This document shows, piece by piece, positions 30,231-43,781 of a stretch of 64,000 nt of DNA. Origin of the DNA: the human T2T-CHM13v2.0 reference genome, Homo sapiens. Within the stretch, counting starts at the first letter, position 1. Every line of letters starts with the position of its first letter. The stretch lies in assembly GCF_009914755.1 (NCBI RefSeq), contig NC_060938.1. The stretch is one strand, 5' to 3'. Under the pieces are notes generated by a model. That model was not told the DNA's origin, did no database searches, and saw only the letters and a list, made by a program, of their open reading frames with translations. The position numbers and the translations under genes were made by a program.

Positions 30231-31124
30231 ACACACACAAAACCAATGGAGAAAAAGAAAATTAATCAAAATTAAAATTTCAGCTCAAGACGATTAGAAA
30301 GCAATAAAACTAATGACAATTTAGATGATTGAGTTATAGCTACAATTGTTTTCAGTAAAAGAAATAATGCTTTATTCAGAATCATTATGAACAGTGTTAT
30401 GATTAGCAAGTCTTTCCTATAAATGTAATAGTTAATAATTTTAAATTAGTTTTATTTTGTATGTTCTATGCCACGTTCACCAAGTACACTTAATATTAAA
30501 TAAAATCATTTAAATATAATATCTCATTAATGTTTTTCAAATGAAGAAGAAATTTCTGGCAGACAAGCTCCTCAAAATTTTCACCCTCTGTCCAAGTAAG
30601 GAAATGATACAATAACATTACTTATAATATTGTCAACTGAAAAAGAAATTACTTTGAGCAGATGCCAGTATTTTTTCTCAATGGGATTTCAAAGAATAAG
30701 AAACCTAAACACAGTATCATCAAGAATTACCTGTGAGCATTCTGCTTACTTTCTGCAAGTGGCCTACATTCAACCTTTGGAGGTATGCTTATACGTTTAA
30801 CGACTAAAGTAACATAACATGATACTTAACGATGCCACTTGGGGGTTTTAGCTGTGAAAAAGCAGTGGATCCTAAGAACAGTGGGCACTGAAGTTGCCTG
30901 TCTCTATGTCAGGTGACAGCTCCAGCTGTGTATATGCTGCAGACACACAAGCTGAATTTAAGAGAATCCGCTCTAAAACATTACTTGCTATTTAGACATA
31001 TGCTTAAAGTTATTTACTTTTAAACCTTAGGCAGATGGTGAAATATTCCCACTGGGTTGTCTCACAATGCATAACAAAGCTTTTCACATATTTTCACATA
31101 GTTGAGAATGTTTCTATATGTCTG

Positions 31125-31407
31125 GCATGTTTGTAATCCAGCACTTTGAGAGGTGGAAGCAGGATAATCACTTAAGCCCAGGAGTTCAAAATCAGCCTAG
31201 GCAACAAAAGGAGACCCCCATCTCTACAAAAAAATTAAGAAATTAGCTGGGTATGGTGGTACAAGCCTGTGGTCCCAGCTACTCGGGAGTCTGAGGTGAG
31301 AGGATTGCTTGAGCCTACGAGGTCGAGGGTGAACTGAACCACCATCATGTCACTGCACTCCAGCCTGAGCAACGAAGCAAGAGCCTGTCTCAAAAAAAAA
31401 AAAAAAA
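31125..31407 (+). mobile_element. Alu (AluJ-like)
   Basis: 'tgtaatccagcactttgagagg...gattgcttgagcc' with A tail. Confidence 0.88.
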
Positions 31408-32950
31408 GTCCCGATGCACCAGTGTCATGGCTGATAAGATACTACCAAGGCACTCTCATTCTAGCATCAAGGCTGTGTGACAGCTCACTTCACCTTCTGA
31501 CTAACCCAGTGCTTCTGTGCTAAGGGCCCCCTTAAACCTCTACCTTCATTATGTTCTTGGCACAAAGGAATGATATATCTTAGATTTGGAAATGGAATTT
31601 TCTTCCCCAATCTTACTGTAGTCTAAGTACCCTTCACAGACCTTCTATTAACCCATAGCTTACTTAGCTTTAGTTCCTGGGTAAATCAAATCTGTGTTTT
31701 GCAAACTGTGATGTTGTAAGTTCAATTGCTTCTGAATCTAGCAGAGCTCAGTGAAACTCTTTGCTTACAGACATGCTCATTTTTATTAATGTCACACATG
31801 GTATTCTCCATGTTAGAGACAGAATTTCTTTCATCCTATTTACCAATCCCTTCAGATCCTTGTGAAGAACCAACAGAACAGCTTTAAAAAATTAAAAGGT
31901 TTTTTTCTTTCCCTTCACAAATAGGCACATGCTTACTTATACAGCAAGTTTAGAAAATCCACAATGCAAAAGAAGGTGGAAGGACAAAGAGAAAAAGATG
32001 CAGAAGGACTTCCTCTTCCAGCCAAGATGGACTTGCCCTCCCACAATGACCAATGAGAAAACTGAAACTGGATAGAATATTAGAGAGAACTGTTTTCAGG
32101 GATTGGAACACAGGCAGAACAGGACTGTGATATTTGAGAACCGGAAAACACAGGAGGCAAATCTCACACATACTTCTGTTTTCTGCCCAATGGCAGTTTC
32201 TTGACCATGCAGAGAGAGGTAGAGACGTCCAAAAATGAGGCAATGCCACTTACTCTAAGCTGAGAGTCTTGCAGTGCTAAGGTGTTTGGAGTTTATAGAA
32301 TAAGGTACTGGAGAAGAGGGAACTACATACAGGTGAGGTCTCAAAAGAGTATGCAAAAGTTCTCGGCAGGTCTGCGGCCAAGGGCTGGGGGGAGTGCATA
32401 GAACAGACAGGCTCCACAAGGCCTCTGCAGAGTGGCTGGCACTTCTGAGGGCTGACTGGAGATGCCAGAGATCACACAAATTTGGGACATAGCAGAGTGG
32501 AGAGAACTCACAAAGTATACCTAGAACATGTGGCTGAGGCCCATGAGGATGAATCTTTCCTAGAGTAAGAGTCACTGTCTAAGTCTACAGGCAAAAACCT
32601 AATAAATAAGCACAAACTAACAAAGGCCCAGGCTTGACAGGAGCAAAAGGGTGGTCAAATAATTTAACTAGGCATCAAGACATTTAACAGAAATAAAGGT
32701 TAAAATGTTATGAAAATGAAAGACTGAATTTATAAGGAAGACTTAACAATCCTAAATGTGTACACATGACAGCTTCAAAATACTTTAAGCAAAAACTGCT
32801 CAAGTAGACAGATCTAGAACTACAGCTGGAGATTTTAACATAACTCTCAATACATTGTATGATGAGTAAAAAATCAGTAAGGACACAGAAGATGTGCATA
32901 GTCACAAGCTCCACCAGTTGATCTAATTGACATCTGAAGAACACTGAACC

Positions 32951-33348
<398 letters not shown>

Positions 33349-33667
33349 TTAGAAATCAGCAACAATAACATACCTATAATATCTCTATGTAGTAGAAATT
33401 AAAAACAATACACTTTTAAATAACTCAAATGTCCATGAAAAGAAAAATCACAAGGAAAACTAGATGATATTTTGAATGGAATGAAAATGAAAGCAAAATG
33501 TGTTGACTATAACTAAAACTAACATGGAATGAAGATATCTAACTGCTTTCTTAAGAAGCAATAAAACAAGAGCAAAGTAAACTGAAAATAAGTTAAAGGG
33601 AGGAAAAAAAAGACTGAAAATAAATGAAATAAAAAATGAAAAAAAGACAAAATAAGTAATACTGAAA

Positions 33668-33875
33668 CAGGCTTGTCCAACCTGAGGGCTGCATGTGGCC
33701 CAGGCCAGCTTTGAATGCAGCCCAACACTAATTCATAAACTTTCTTGAAACATTATGAGATTTTTTTTCCTTTTTTTTTGGCTCATCAGCCTATCATTAG
33801 TGTATTCTATTTGTGGCCCAAGACAATTCTCCTTCCATTGTGGCCCAGGGAAGCTAAAAGTTTCAATACCCCTGT
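33668..33875. mobile_element. MER30-like hAT-Charlie MITE
   Basis: 'cagg.ttgtccaacc...gcatgtggcccagg...gtggcccagggaagctaaaagttt.aatacccctg' with terminal inverted ends. Confidence 0.75.
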
Positions 33876-35689
33876 ATTAAAAGATCATTAATGATCTAAA
33901 ATAAGTGATCTTATAAAGAATTGATAAACCTCCAGCTAGACTGACTGATCCAGGAAAAAATAGAAAAAACACAAATTACCAATATGAAGAGACTGCAATA
34001 CAGATTAGATTATAAGACATTAAAAGGATATTAAAGGAATATTCTGAACAATTTTATGCCAATAAATCCAACAACTTGGATGAAATGAAATTTTCCTAAA
34101 AGACACAAATTACCAAAACTGACAACAGAAAAATCTGAAAATATCTCTTAAAAAAATCTTAATTCTCCCACAAAAAAATAAAACCAAACCAAATAAAACC
34201 CTCCAGGTTCAGATGACTTCACTGGTACATCCTATCAAACATGTAAAGAAGAAATCATACCGATCTTACACAGCTATTTCCAAAAACAGGGAAGGAGACA
34301 GCACTTCCCATCTAATTTTATGACACCAAATATCACCTTGACACCAAAATCAAATAAAGTCATTACAAGAAAAGGATACAAAAGTCCAATATCTCCCATC
34401 AACACCAATATAGAAATCTTAAAAACAAACAAACAAACACCTAGAAATCAACTCTAGCAATATCCCTAAGGACAACGCACCACAACCAAGTGGGGTTTTT
34501 CTCAGGGATGTAAAGTTAGTTTAAAAGTTGAAAATGAAACCAATGTAATTCATTGGTAGAATGAAGAAAGTTGTGTAATCATCTCAACAAATACAGAAAG
34601 AGGCATTTGACAGCATTAAACATCGTTATGATAAAAACTCCCAAGAAACAAAGTTTAAAAGGAATGTCCTCATTTTGATAAAGGTTTTCTCTGCAGATCC
34701 TACAGACATCATACCATACGGTGGACTACTGAAAGCTTTCTGCCTAAGCTTGGGAACCATGCAATTATGCCCATTCTCGTGACTTCTGTTCAACACTATG
34801 GAAGTCCTGGACAGTATAATAAACCAATAAAAAGCAAGACAAGACATAAGGATTAGAAAGTAAGAAGTAAAAGGATAGTCAGAGGAAACGTAATTGCAAA
34901 TTTCTTAGTTTTCTATATAAACAAACCACTAGAAGTAATAAGTGAAACAGACTTATCAGACTACAAAGTCACTATACAAAAATCAATTGTGTATCTACAT
35001 ACTGAGAGCAAACAACTGGAAAATCAAATTCAAAAGTTCTACTGACAGTAGTGTAAAATTATAGAATACTTAAGAATAAATTTTTAAACAGGCATGCAAG
35101 ACTGCTACATTGAAAATTATTAAATATTGAGGCCGAATATTAAGATGTTGATTCTCCCCCAAAATAATCTGGACTCAATACAATTCCCCGAGAAAATCCA
35201 ACAGGCTTCACTGTAGAAATTAATAAACTAATAGTTAGTAAGTACAAAGTTGGAGGACACACACTATCTGATCTCAAGACTTCATGAAATTATAGCAATC
35301 AAGATACATATACCAATAGAAAAACAGACAATCGATAGAACAGAGTCCAGAAATAGACCAATACATAGAAATTTAATTGATTTTTTATGAAGATACGAAA
35401 ATGGATTAATGCAAAAAGGAAACACCAGTGGTGCTGGCACAAATGGCTATCAAGATGTTAAAAAAAAAAAAAAAAGTAAATCTTGAAACCAAACTCACAC
35501 CATGCGAAAAATTAATTTGAGATTAATGACAGATTTAATGTAAAAACTAAAACTATGAGGCCTCTAAAAGACAATGTAGAATATTTTCCTTACTTTGAGG
35601 TAAGCAAAGATGTCTTAGATCAAAGAGATAAGGCAGTAACCATAAAATAAAAAAAAAAAACTAAGCTTTATAAAAATTAAAAGCTTCTG

Positions 35690-36011
<322 letters not shown>

Positions 36012-36828
36012 TCATTGTTGGTGGGAGGGTAAAATGGCACAACCACTTTAGAAAACTTTTGGCAGTTTCTTATATAGTTAAACATTCACCTATCCTTTGA
36101 TACAGCAATTCCACATCTACATATCTACCCTAGATATTTATGCTAATTTTAGAATTATTGATTTGCCATTTCAAAAGTAATGATTCTTCCAGAATATTAG
36201 TTTTATACCATTCCATATTTTATATATTTTTTAAGCTACTATAAATTATGAAGATTCAAAATGCAATTTGCCAAGTTTTAAAAGAGAAAAAAAAGTACGG
36301 AAACAACTAAGTGGAAAACAGGCTGGTTAAGTGTGTTTGGGTCAGTTTATTTCTAGTATCATTTACAGGCTACCCTGATATTGTATTTAAAATTTTCATT
36401 CATTTCAGAGTTCACAAAATAATGATTTTTCCTGTGAAGATACTTCGTTTAAGAGACAACTGACTTCTACAACTAAAATGTATACATGTTCAAAGAAAAT
36501 AACTTGTAAAATATATTTGGTTGAATAACATTTACATTAAGCCTTTAAAATTATGTATCAGAATATCTGGCTATTAAGCAGTCTAATGGTGCCTACTAAG
36601 TCAGAGAGTTGTAATTCTTCTCTCCTGTGCTCTGTTCTGATAATGAAGTAAAGGCATCAGTAGCATCTACTGTGCTAAAGAATAAATGGAATTTACAACT
36701 GTAGGTAATATTTAAACACTTTAAGACAAATATGAATACATCATAAATTTCTAACTAGGAAAATATTTTCAATGAGATCTCAAGAAATGTTAACTTTTTT
36801 CAGAATAAAGCACTGAAAACTGACTCAC

Positions 36829-36898
36829 CAACATATCAAACTGGGTTTCTTCATCTTCTTCTCTTTTTCTCCTCTTATCTTTCTTCTTTTTCTTCTTA
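36829..36898 (-). pseudogene. FRG1: FRG1 paralog exon 2 (70 nt; 1-nt deletion, frameshift)
   Basis: tgtag|T KKKKKKDKRRKREEDEETQFD ATG TTG|gtgagt; FRG1 ends GAT ATT GTT G. Confidence 0.94.
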
Positions 36899-37274
36899 CT
36901 ACAGGACATTATTTATACAGATGAGTTTAGGTACATTGATTTGTGTGATAAATAAATATCGTAAGATTGAAACTTGGAAGTCTTTTAAGCTGTTTCATTT
37001 ATAAATTATTGATTTAGGAAGACTTACATTACTATGCCCTCTTAAATACAATACTGAGAAGTTGCTTCAGGCTTTGTACATATCATGTTAAAGTTCAAAG
37101 CAGATTGTAGAGCCACACTGCCAGATTTTAAATCTTGATTCTGTCACTTCTTAGCTCTGTGATTTTTGGAAAAGGTACTGAACCTCTCTTGGAGTCAGTT
37201 TCCCCACTTAAAAAATTAGGATAATAACTTAACTCTTAAGGCTATTGTGAGGATTAAAAGGTAATATGTATCTT

Positions 37275-37885
37275 CACGCATTGCTGGTGGAAATGTAAAA
37301 TGGTGCAGCATCTACAGGAAACAGTTTGTGGTTCCTCAAAAAGTTAAAGAGTTACCATATGACCCAGCAGTTTTACTCCTAAGTATGTATACCCAAGGGA
37401 AATGAAAACATACCCCCACAAAAATACTTACATAAGAATATTCACACTAGCATTAGTCACAATAGTCAAAAAGGGGAAACAACCTAAATGTTCATCAACT
37501 GATGAATGGATGAACAAAATGTTACATCCATACAATGGAATACTATGCAGTCATAAAAAGGAACAAGTGCTACAACAATGATGGACCTCAAGAATGTTAT
37601 AAGTGAAAGAAGCCAGATACAAAAGGCCACATGTTGCCTGATTTCTTAGGAAATATTCAGAATAGGCAATTTCACATAGATAGCAGACTAGTGGTTGCCA
37701 AGGACTAGGAGAGAGGGAGGATGGGATGTGACTGCTTTAATGGGTAGGAAGAGATTTCCTTCTGAGATGATGAAAATGCTGAGCAACTAGACAGTGGTGA
37801 ACCTCTTGAATATGTACTAAAAACCACTGACTGTACAAAAGGGTGAATTTTATAATTATGAATTACATCGCTATAAAAAAATAAA
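37275..37885 (+). mobile_element. L1MB-like 3' end (a MIR remnant precedes it at ~37100-37265)
   Basis: 'gctggtggaaatgtaaaatggtgcagc', 'agagttaccatatgacccagca', 'aagaagccagatacaaaaggccacat'. Confidence 0.8.
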
Positions 37886-38749
37886 AACCCAAGAGCGATT
37901 TGAAAAAAGTTAATGTGCAAAGCGCCTACAACAATTTCTTGGCGCATTGAAAGTGCTATATAAGCATTAATTATGATTACTGCGATAATCTTAAGACACT
38001 CTTGTCTGCATTTTCATCATAAAGTTTTCAGAGGATAACTCACCACTCCTCACAGGAAATTCACAGAGTAAAAATCTCACATTCATTCAGGATATACCTG
38101 CCATTTATTCTGGCATCTTCATGAGGCCAGACTCCTTGAGAGGGTTCTCAAAGGCAGTGGTTTCAGCTCACTCTTTGATACTTTCCATCTCGCCTAACAA
38201 TATCAAAACCTCTGTTTATCATGGAGACCAGGAGGAAATGCTCAATATTTGTATGTACAGTCAACCTCAGGCAAATCTGCCAGTTAAAAAAGAAGCAGGG
38301 ATATGAATGCACAGGTATTTTTCTCCTAAAGAGCTAACAAATTACCACGACGACCTCCTCCTCACATTTGGCTCAATTTATTTACTGCATATACGTTCTC
38401 TAATTTAATCTTCACAGTCTTCTAAAGGTATAAAAAATGGTCTGAAAGTATAAATGTGTAAACGAAGGTTTAAAGATACTTGATCTCTTAATGAGTAAAT
38501 GGAAGTTCAGACATATTAACCAATTTGCCACAAATTACAAAATTAGTAAATGACAGAGTGCAGGTTCCATCCCATATCCCTATCAAAGCCTATGTACACC
38601 TCAACCACTGTGTGATTCATCCTGGTTTCACTCTACATACTAGCTTAGAAAAAAATAATCAATAATTTTTCCAGGAAGAGACAATGGAGAAAAGAATAAT
38701 CCTTAGTAAACGAAGTTATTATCATGAACTACAAGATCAGACTAACGCA

Positions 38750-39920
38750 GACCCACCAGGCAGAGGTCTGGAGAGATGCCTCAGCGGACCCAAACTCGTG
38801 AGTACGGGGCCACAGGTCACCCGCCCGTCTATCCTGTTTCCAGGGTCGTCAGCGTGGGAGGTTGCCCCTCTCTGCACAGGCGCCACGAACTGCGGTCCGG
38901 CCTCCGTCCAGCCCAGACAGGGTCAGGGCGAAACCTGGGAGGCCACGAAGCCAGCTCTTCGCACCACGGCTTCCACCGGATCCGCGGGGGTGGAGTGCAT
39001 CCGAAAAGAACCGAGGAGGCTCCCGCCGGAGCTGCAGGACCCAGCTCTTTGCCTTGGTTCCCTTGAGCACAAGCTTGGTAGACTTCACAAAAGAGTACTC
39101 GGCCATGGCTCCGGGAGACTTCTGCGCGGAGAGGCTGAAGCCGGCTCAGGACAAGTATGTGACCTGGAGCAGCACCAGGGCGGGGAGGAACAGAAGTGGA
39201 GGCGAAGTAAACACTTCCTGACAGCGTACGTCTGTCCAGAACCCGCCTTCATCTTCACCCAAACGCTGAATGGTTGAGATTTCCACTTCCGGGTTTCTGC
39301 CAGGGAGGTACAGCGGCCTCAGAGGGCCAAAAGGTGTCCGCACACATCTGCTCCCTGGATCCCTCTCGAGGAGCCCCTGAGGATTTGTGCCTCCCAGAGG
39401 TGGGGAAAGCCCTCCCGAGGTGCTGGTGCTGACGGTGGCGGGACTGCCGGTCTCTCTGTGGAACCGCCTCCCGCTAGAGCTGCGGGCTGGCGACGGTCCC
39501 TGCGGGGGCGGGAAGCGGCTTAGGCTGCCCTCGCCGGCCTGCGGCGGCGAGTCTGGAAGCGGGGGCCACTCGTGCGTGGGTCACTCGGGGCTGTGCCTCG
39601 CGCAACTGTGTGTGCAGGAAACAAGCAGAAAATACCCTAAAATAGAATGAAGCGCCATGTTGAGGGCCGCGGACTTCGCGAGTGCTGTGGCAATGTGGGA
39701 TAAGGTGGAGCGTTATGGTGGCGCATGTTACAGGCTCAGGGGTCAGGAAGAAGCCTAATCGTGGAGGCGGCATCTGAGGAGGGTCTTGAACGCTGAGCAG
39801 GCTTTTGCCCGATAGAGATGGAGGAAGCTAGTCCTGTCTGCTGGAGGAAACAGGGCAGAGGCGAGGAGGGAGCCTTGCAGCGCTGGTGTGAGGAGCCGCG
39901 AGCAGGCCAGTCCTGTAAAG
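38750..39920. promoter_or_regulatory. CpG island / FRG1-type promoter, potentially bidirectional
   Basis: High GC and retained CpGs; ETS core CCGGAAGT on the minus strand within 39281-39297 at the expected FRG1 start; second ETS-like ACTTCCTG ~39212; YY1-like CGCCATGTTG ~39653. Confidence 0.85.
39045..39297 (-). pseudogene. FRG1: FRG1 paralog exon 1 (ATG at 39106-39104; donor mutated GT>CT at 39044-39043)
   Basis: MAEYSFVKSTKLVLKGTKAK AG|ctgggtcctgcag; 62 coding nt, in phase with exon 2. Confidence 0.95.
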
Positions 39921-40066
39921 CAGAGTGATGGGAACCAGGATAGAGAAGGCAAATCGGGGTCCTGTGGTCGCTGAAGAATTTGAATGAAATCAGTAAACAG
40001 GTGAGAGAGATCCATCGCAAGAGCATGGGATGAAAGGAGGATTCGTCCACGGTGATTCCTCCGCAG

Positions 40067-40138
40067 CGGTGGGTATTATTAATCGCGTATGTAACACCAA
40101 AACGGTGGGTATTATTGATAGCGTATGTGACACCAAAA
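40067..40138. repeat. Tandem duplication, 2 x 36 bp
   Basis: cggtgggtattatt[a/g]at[c/a]gcgtatgt[a/g]acaccaaaa at 40067 and 40103. Confidence 0.95.
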
Positions 40139-41429
40139 CCACCCCACTCAAGTTGTGGCTCTTTCCCTAAAGTAGAAAACAGAAACCAGTTGGGTTCCAA
40201 GCATCCACGAAGATCTTACTAAATTCGTGATCCCTGGTGGCACCATGGAGTCAGGATTGGCTCATCTCAAACCTGACTCAGAAACAAAACCATCTCAATG
40301 TGCAGAGATGAGCGTCCTTACCTGCTATCATATTTTCTGGTGTTTTCACAGTGCTGCGCTTCCTAATCCCCATTCCACCGCAATCCACATGCCATGATGC
40401 CCAGAGGCATTAACAAAGGAGACACACAGGGGCTCCTCACGTTGGCTTTCCATGGTTTTGATGAAAATCTCAGTTTCCTCATCTCATACAATGTGGTTAG
40501 TAATAGTATCATTTAGGGTTGAAGAATTAAATGGTACAAATTATATAGGGTGCTTATTATAACCTACATGGAAAATGCCTAGGATATGTTAGCTATGCTC
40601 ATCACCAACATCATTATATGATGGTAATAATCAGATAGTTAGGAAGGGCGATGCCAAGAAAATGGATACATGCTCTTGGGAATGAATGTGGAGAGATCAG
40701 AAGGTCAAGAACAAAGCTGTACAACATGTCTGCAGTAAAGGGATAGAGAAAAGAAAGGCTATAAAAGAAGGAATGAAACAAAGTTAGAGTAAAATTATAA
40801 AATCAAAGCTAAGGACAATTTCCAGAAAGGGTAATATCATTTAATATCATAGAAGTTTAGGAACATAAGATGGAAAAATGGCCTGTGGGTAACTGACATT
40901 GAGGTAGTCTTTAGGGAAGCTCCATTTCCGATAGAGAAGTAGACAGAAAGTCAGCTTGAAGCAGGGACTAGGTGAAGAAGCTGTTGGCTGGTCGCATGGG
41001 GAAATAAATAAGGGATTGCATATGCCATATTTCTGGGTTTCTTTCTTTCTTGCCCAGCCTCTATATATGCCTAGAGTTTGGCGAAAACTTACAAAAAATA
41101 AAAATGAAACCAATTTCGTTTGTAGACTCAAATATAATGCTTTGTGTTAGAATCAAGATAAATTCATGCCTCTCCCTTCTATTGTCACCGTCAGTTTTGA
41201 AATTAAACATGAGCTTTTCTTCTTCATTAAAATCATTTTCAACTCCTTCCAGGTGTTGATGGTTTGGGGGAGTTACATAAGCAGTCAGGTCTTGATGAGT
41301 AGAGGACGAGGCAACAAACAATTTCAGCAAAGGAAAAATTCTGAAATTCTGCTCATATTTTTCTCTAGTAACTTTCCTATGTTTGTGAGGATATTCAGTC
41401 ATGAAGATCCTAGTGAAATTTTTTTCAAG

Positions 41430-41585
41430 CTTGACTAATCGTAATCACTGTGGACATTTGTTTAAAATGTGTATTCCCAGGCCTCTCACCTGCTGATTCT
41501 GATTCAGGAGATCACGGATGGGACTCAGAATACATGTGTTTGAGAAGTACCACAAGTGGTTCTTATGGTCAGGCAAATTTGGGAA
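41430..41585. mobile_element. MER5A-like MITE
   Basis: 'taatcactgtggacatttgtttaaaatg...attcccaggcc...gattctgattcagg...aagtaccacaagtggttctt'. Confidence 0.6.
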
Positions 41586-42734
41586 TCTAACCAGGAATTT
41601 ATATTTTTATGACTGGCAGCTAGAAAAGATTCCTAGAGTCTTTGCTTTTTGAAAATAAAATATTTCTTTTTTAAAAGGAAAATTGTATGACTAGATACAA
41701 CATTTATACATGTGGCACATGTACTATACTGTGTGCTTTTGTCATATTTACAGTTAAAGATGTGTAAGAACACTCTGAGAAAAATTATCTATTAAATGCA
41801 AAGAGAGGTAAGTCAGGGTGCGGGAGAAATGGGACTGGTGTGCTTATTGTTGCTAAAAGGTAGAAAAGCCAGAATGATAGCCATCTAAGGTTGCAAATAG
41901 CACACTGTTAAGTTGAGGGAGCTTCACAATCATGTCTGAAACCTTCTTTGATATACTGAGTTGTAAACAGTGGCTTTGGACAAGATTTGAGGGAGAAACC
42001 AACTATGCTTTAAAGTGTTCATTTAAAAGACTTTAATTAAAGGAAAGTCTTTGTATTTACTTGAGCTAATTTAACTTCAGGATTTTAACAAATTACTAGC
42101 CCTTAACCTCTTAAAAATAGTCTTTCATTTCAAATGAAAGTTTAAGATGGCCTTTATGTTGGATTGGTATACTTGTGCGAAGATTTAACAGCAAGGTAAT
42201 GTACATTTCTAAATGTTTACTTCTTAATTTTGCTGGAAGAAATATACTACTCAATTGATTATTTTTAAAGCAAAGTAAAACAATTTATTTTGACAAGTGA
42301 CACTGTATTTTCCCAGTTTTCAGGTGGCAGAGATTAGGCTTAACATCACTAATCATGAGAGAAATGCAAATCAAAACCAAAACGAGATACTATCCTATAC
42401 CAGTCAGAATAGCTACTATTAAAAAATCGAAAAACAACAGATCTTGGGAGGCTGTGGAGAAAAGGGAACATTTACACATAATTGGTGCGAATGTAAATTA
42501 GTTCAGCCACTGTTTAAAGCAGTTTGGAAATTTCTCAAAGAATTTAAAATAGAATTACCTCTCAAGCCAACAATTCCATTACTGGTATATGACCCAAAGA
42601 AAGTCAGTTATTCTACCAAAAAGACATATGCACTTGCATGTTCATCGCAGCACTATTACAATAGCAAAGACATGGAGTCAGCCTAGGTGCCCATCAACAG
42701 TGGATTTGATCAATAAAATGTGGTACATCCACAC

Positions 42735-43141
42735 AGTATTAGGCCATTCTTGCATTGCTATGAAGAAATACCTGAGACTGGGTAACTTATAAGGAAAAGA
42801 GATTTAATTGGCTCATAGCTCTGCAGGCTGTACAGGAAGCATGGTGACAGCATCTGATGGCACCTGTGGTTTCTCCAGGGAGCTTTTACTCATGATGGAA
42901 GGTGAAGAGGGAGTAGGCTCATCACATGGCCAGAGCAGGAGCAAGAGAGAATGGGAGTGGGGGTAAGTACCACACACCCTTACACAACCAGATCTTGAAA
43001 TAATTCGCTATCACAAGGACGGTATCAGATCATGAGAGATCCACCCCCATGACCCAAACACCTCCTACCAGGCCCCACCTCCAACCCTGAGGATTACATT
43101 TCACCATGAGATTTATAGGGGCCACCTTCCAAACGATTTCA
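42735..43141 (-). mobile_element. MST (MaLR) solo LTR with 5-bp TSD cacac
   Basis: 'tattaggccattcttgcattgctatgaagaaatacctgagactggg'; cacac at 42730-42734 and 43142-43146; L1 resumes seamlessly. Confidence 0.88.
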
Positions 43142-43399
43142 CACACCATGGAATACTATGCACCCATAAAAATAACAAAATCATGTCCTTTGAAGCAACA
43201 TGGATGCAGCTGAAGGCCATTATCCTAAGTAAATTAATGCAGGAATACAAAAGGAAATACCACATGATCTCAATGATAAGTGGGAGCTAAACACTGGGTA
43301 CTTATGGACATAAAGATGGAAAGAATAAACACTGGGACTACTAGAGGGGAGAAGGAGGAAGGCAAGGTTTGACAAACTAACTATTGGGTACTATGCTCA

Positions 43400-43781
43400 T
43401 GTATTAATCTGTTCTCACACTGCTATATAGAAATACCCGAGACTGGGTAATTTATAAAGAAAAGAGGTTTAATTGACTCACAGTTCCACAGGCTGTACAG
43501 GAAGCATGGCTGGGAGGCTTCAGGAAACTTATAATCATGGCAGAAGGTGAAGGGGGAAGCAAGGCACTTTCTACCATGGCGGCAGGAGAGCAAGTGAGCC
43601 AGGGCGGATGTACCATATGTTTAAACCATCAGATCTCATGAGAACTCACTTACCATGTAAGAACAGCAAGGGGGAAGTCTGCTCTCATGAGCTAATCACC
43701 TCCCACCAGGTCATTTCCCCTACATTGGGAATTATAATTCAACATGAGATTTGGGTGGGGACACAGAGTCAAACCATACCA
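43400..43781 (-). mobile_element. MSTA-like (MaLR) solo LTR
   Basis: 'tgtattaatctgttctcacactgctat...catgagatttgggtggggacacagagtcaaaccatacca'. Confidence 0.88.

Noticed and set aside
38684-39277. 197-aa plus-strand ORF and other ORFs across the CpG island
   Set aside because: GC-rich sequence is stop-poor; antisense to FRG1 exon 1; no recognisable homology
40067-40138. CRISPR-like 36-bp direct repeats
   Set aside because: Only two adjacent copies, no spacer, primate context, no cas genes
41061-41402. 113-aa minus-strand ORF upstream of FRG1
   Set aside because: No recognisable domain or exon structure; length within chance expectation
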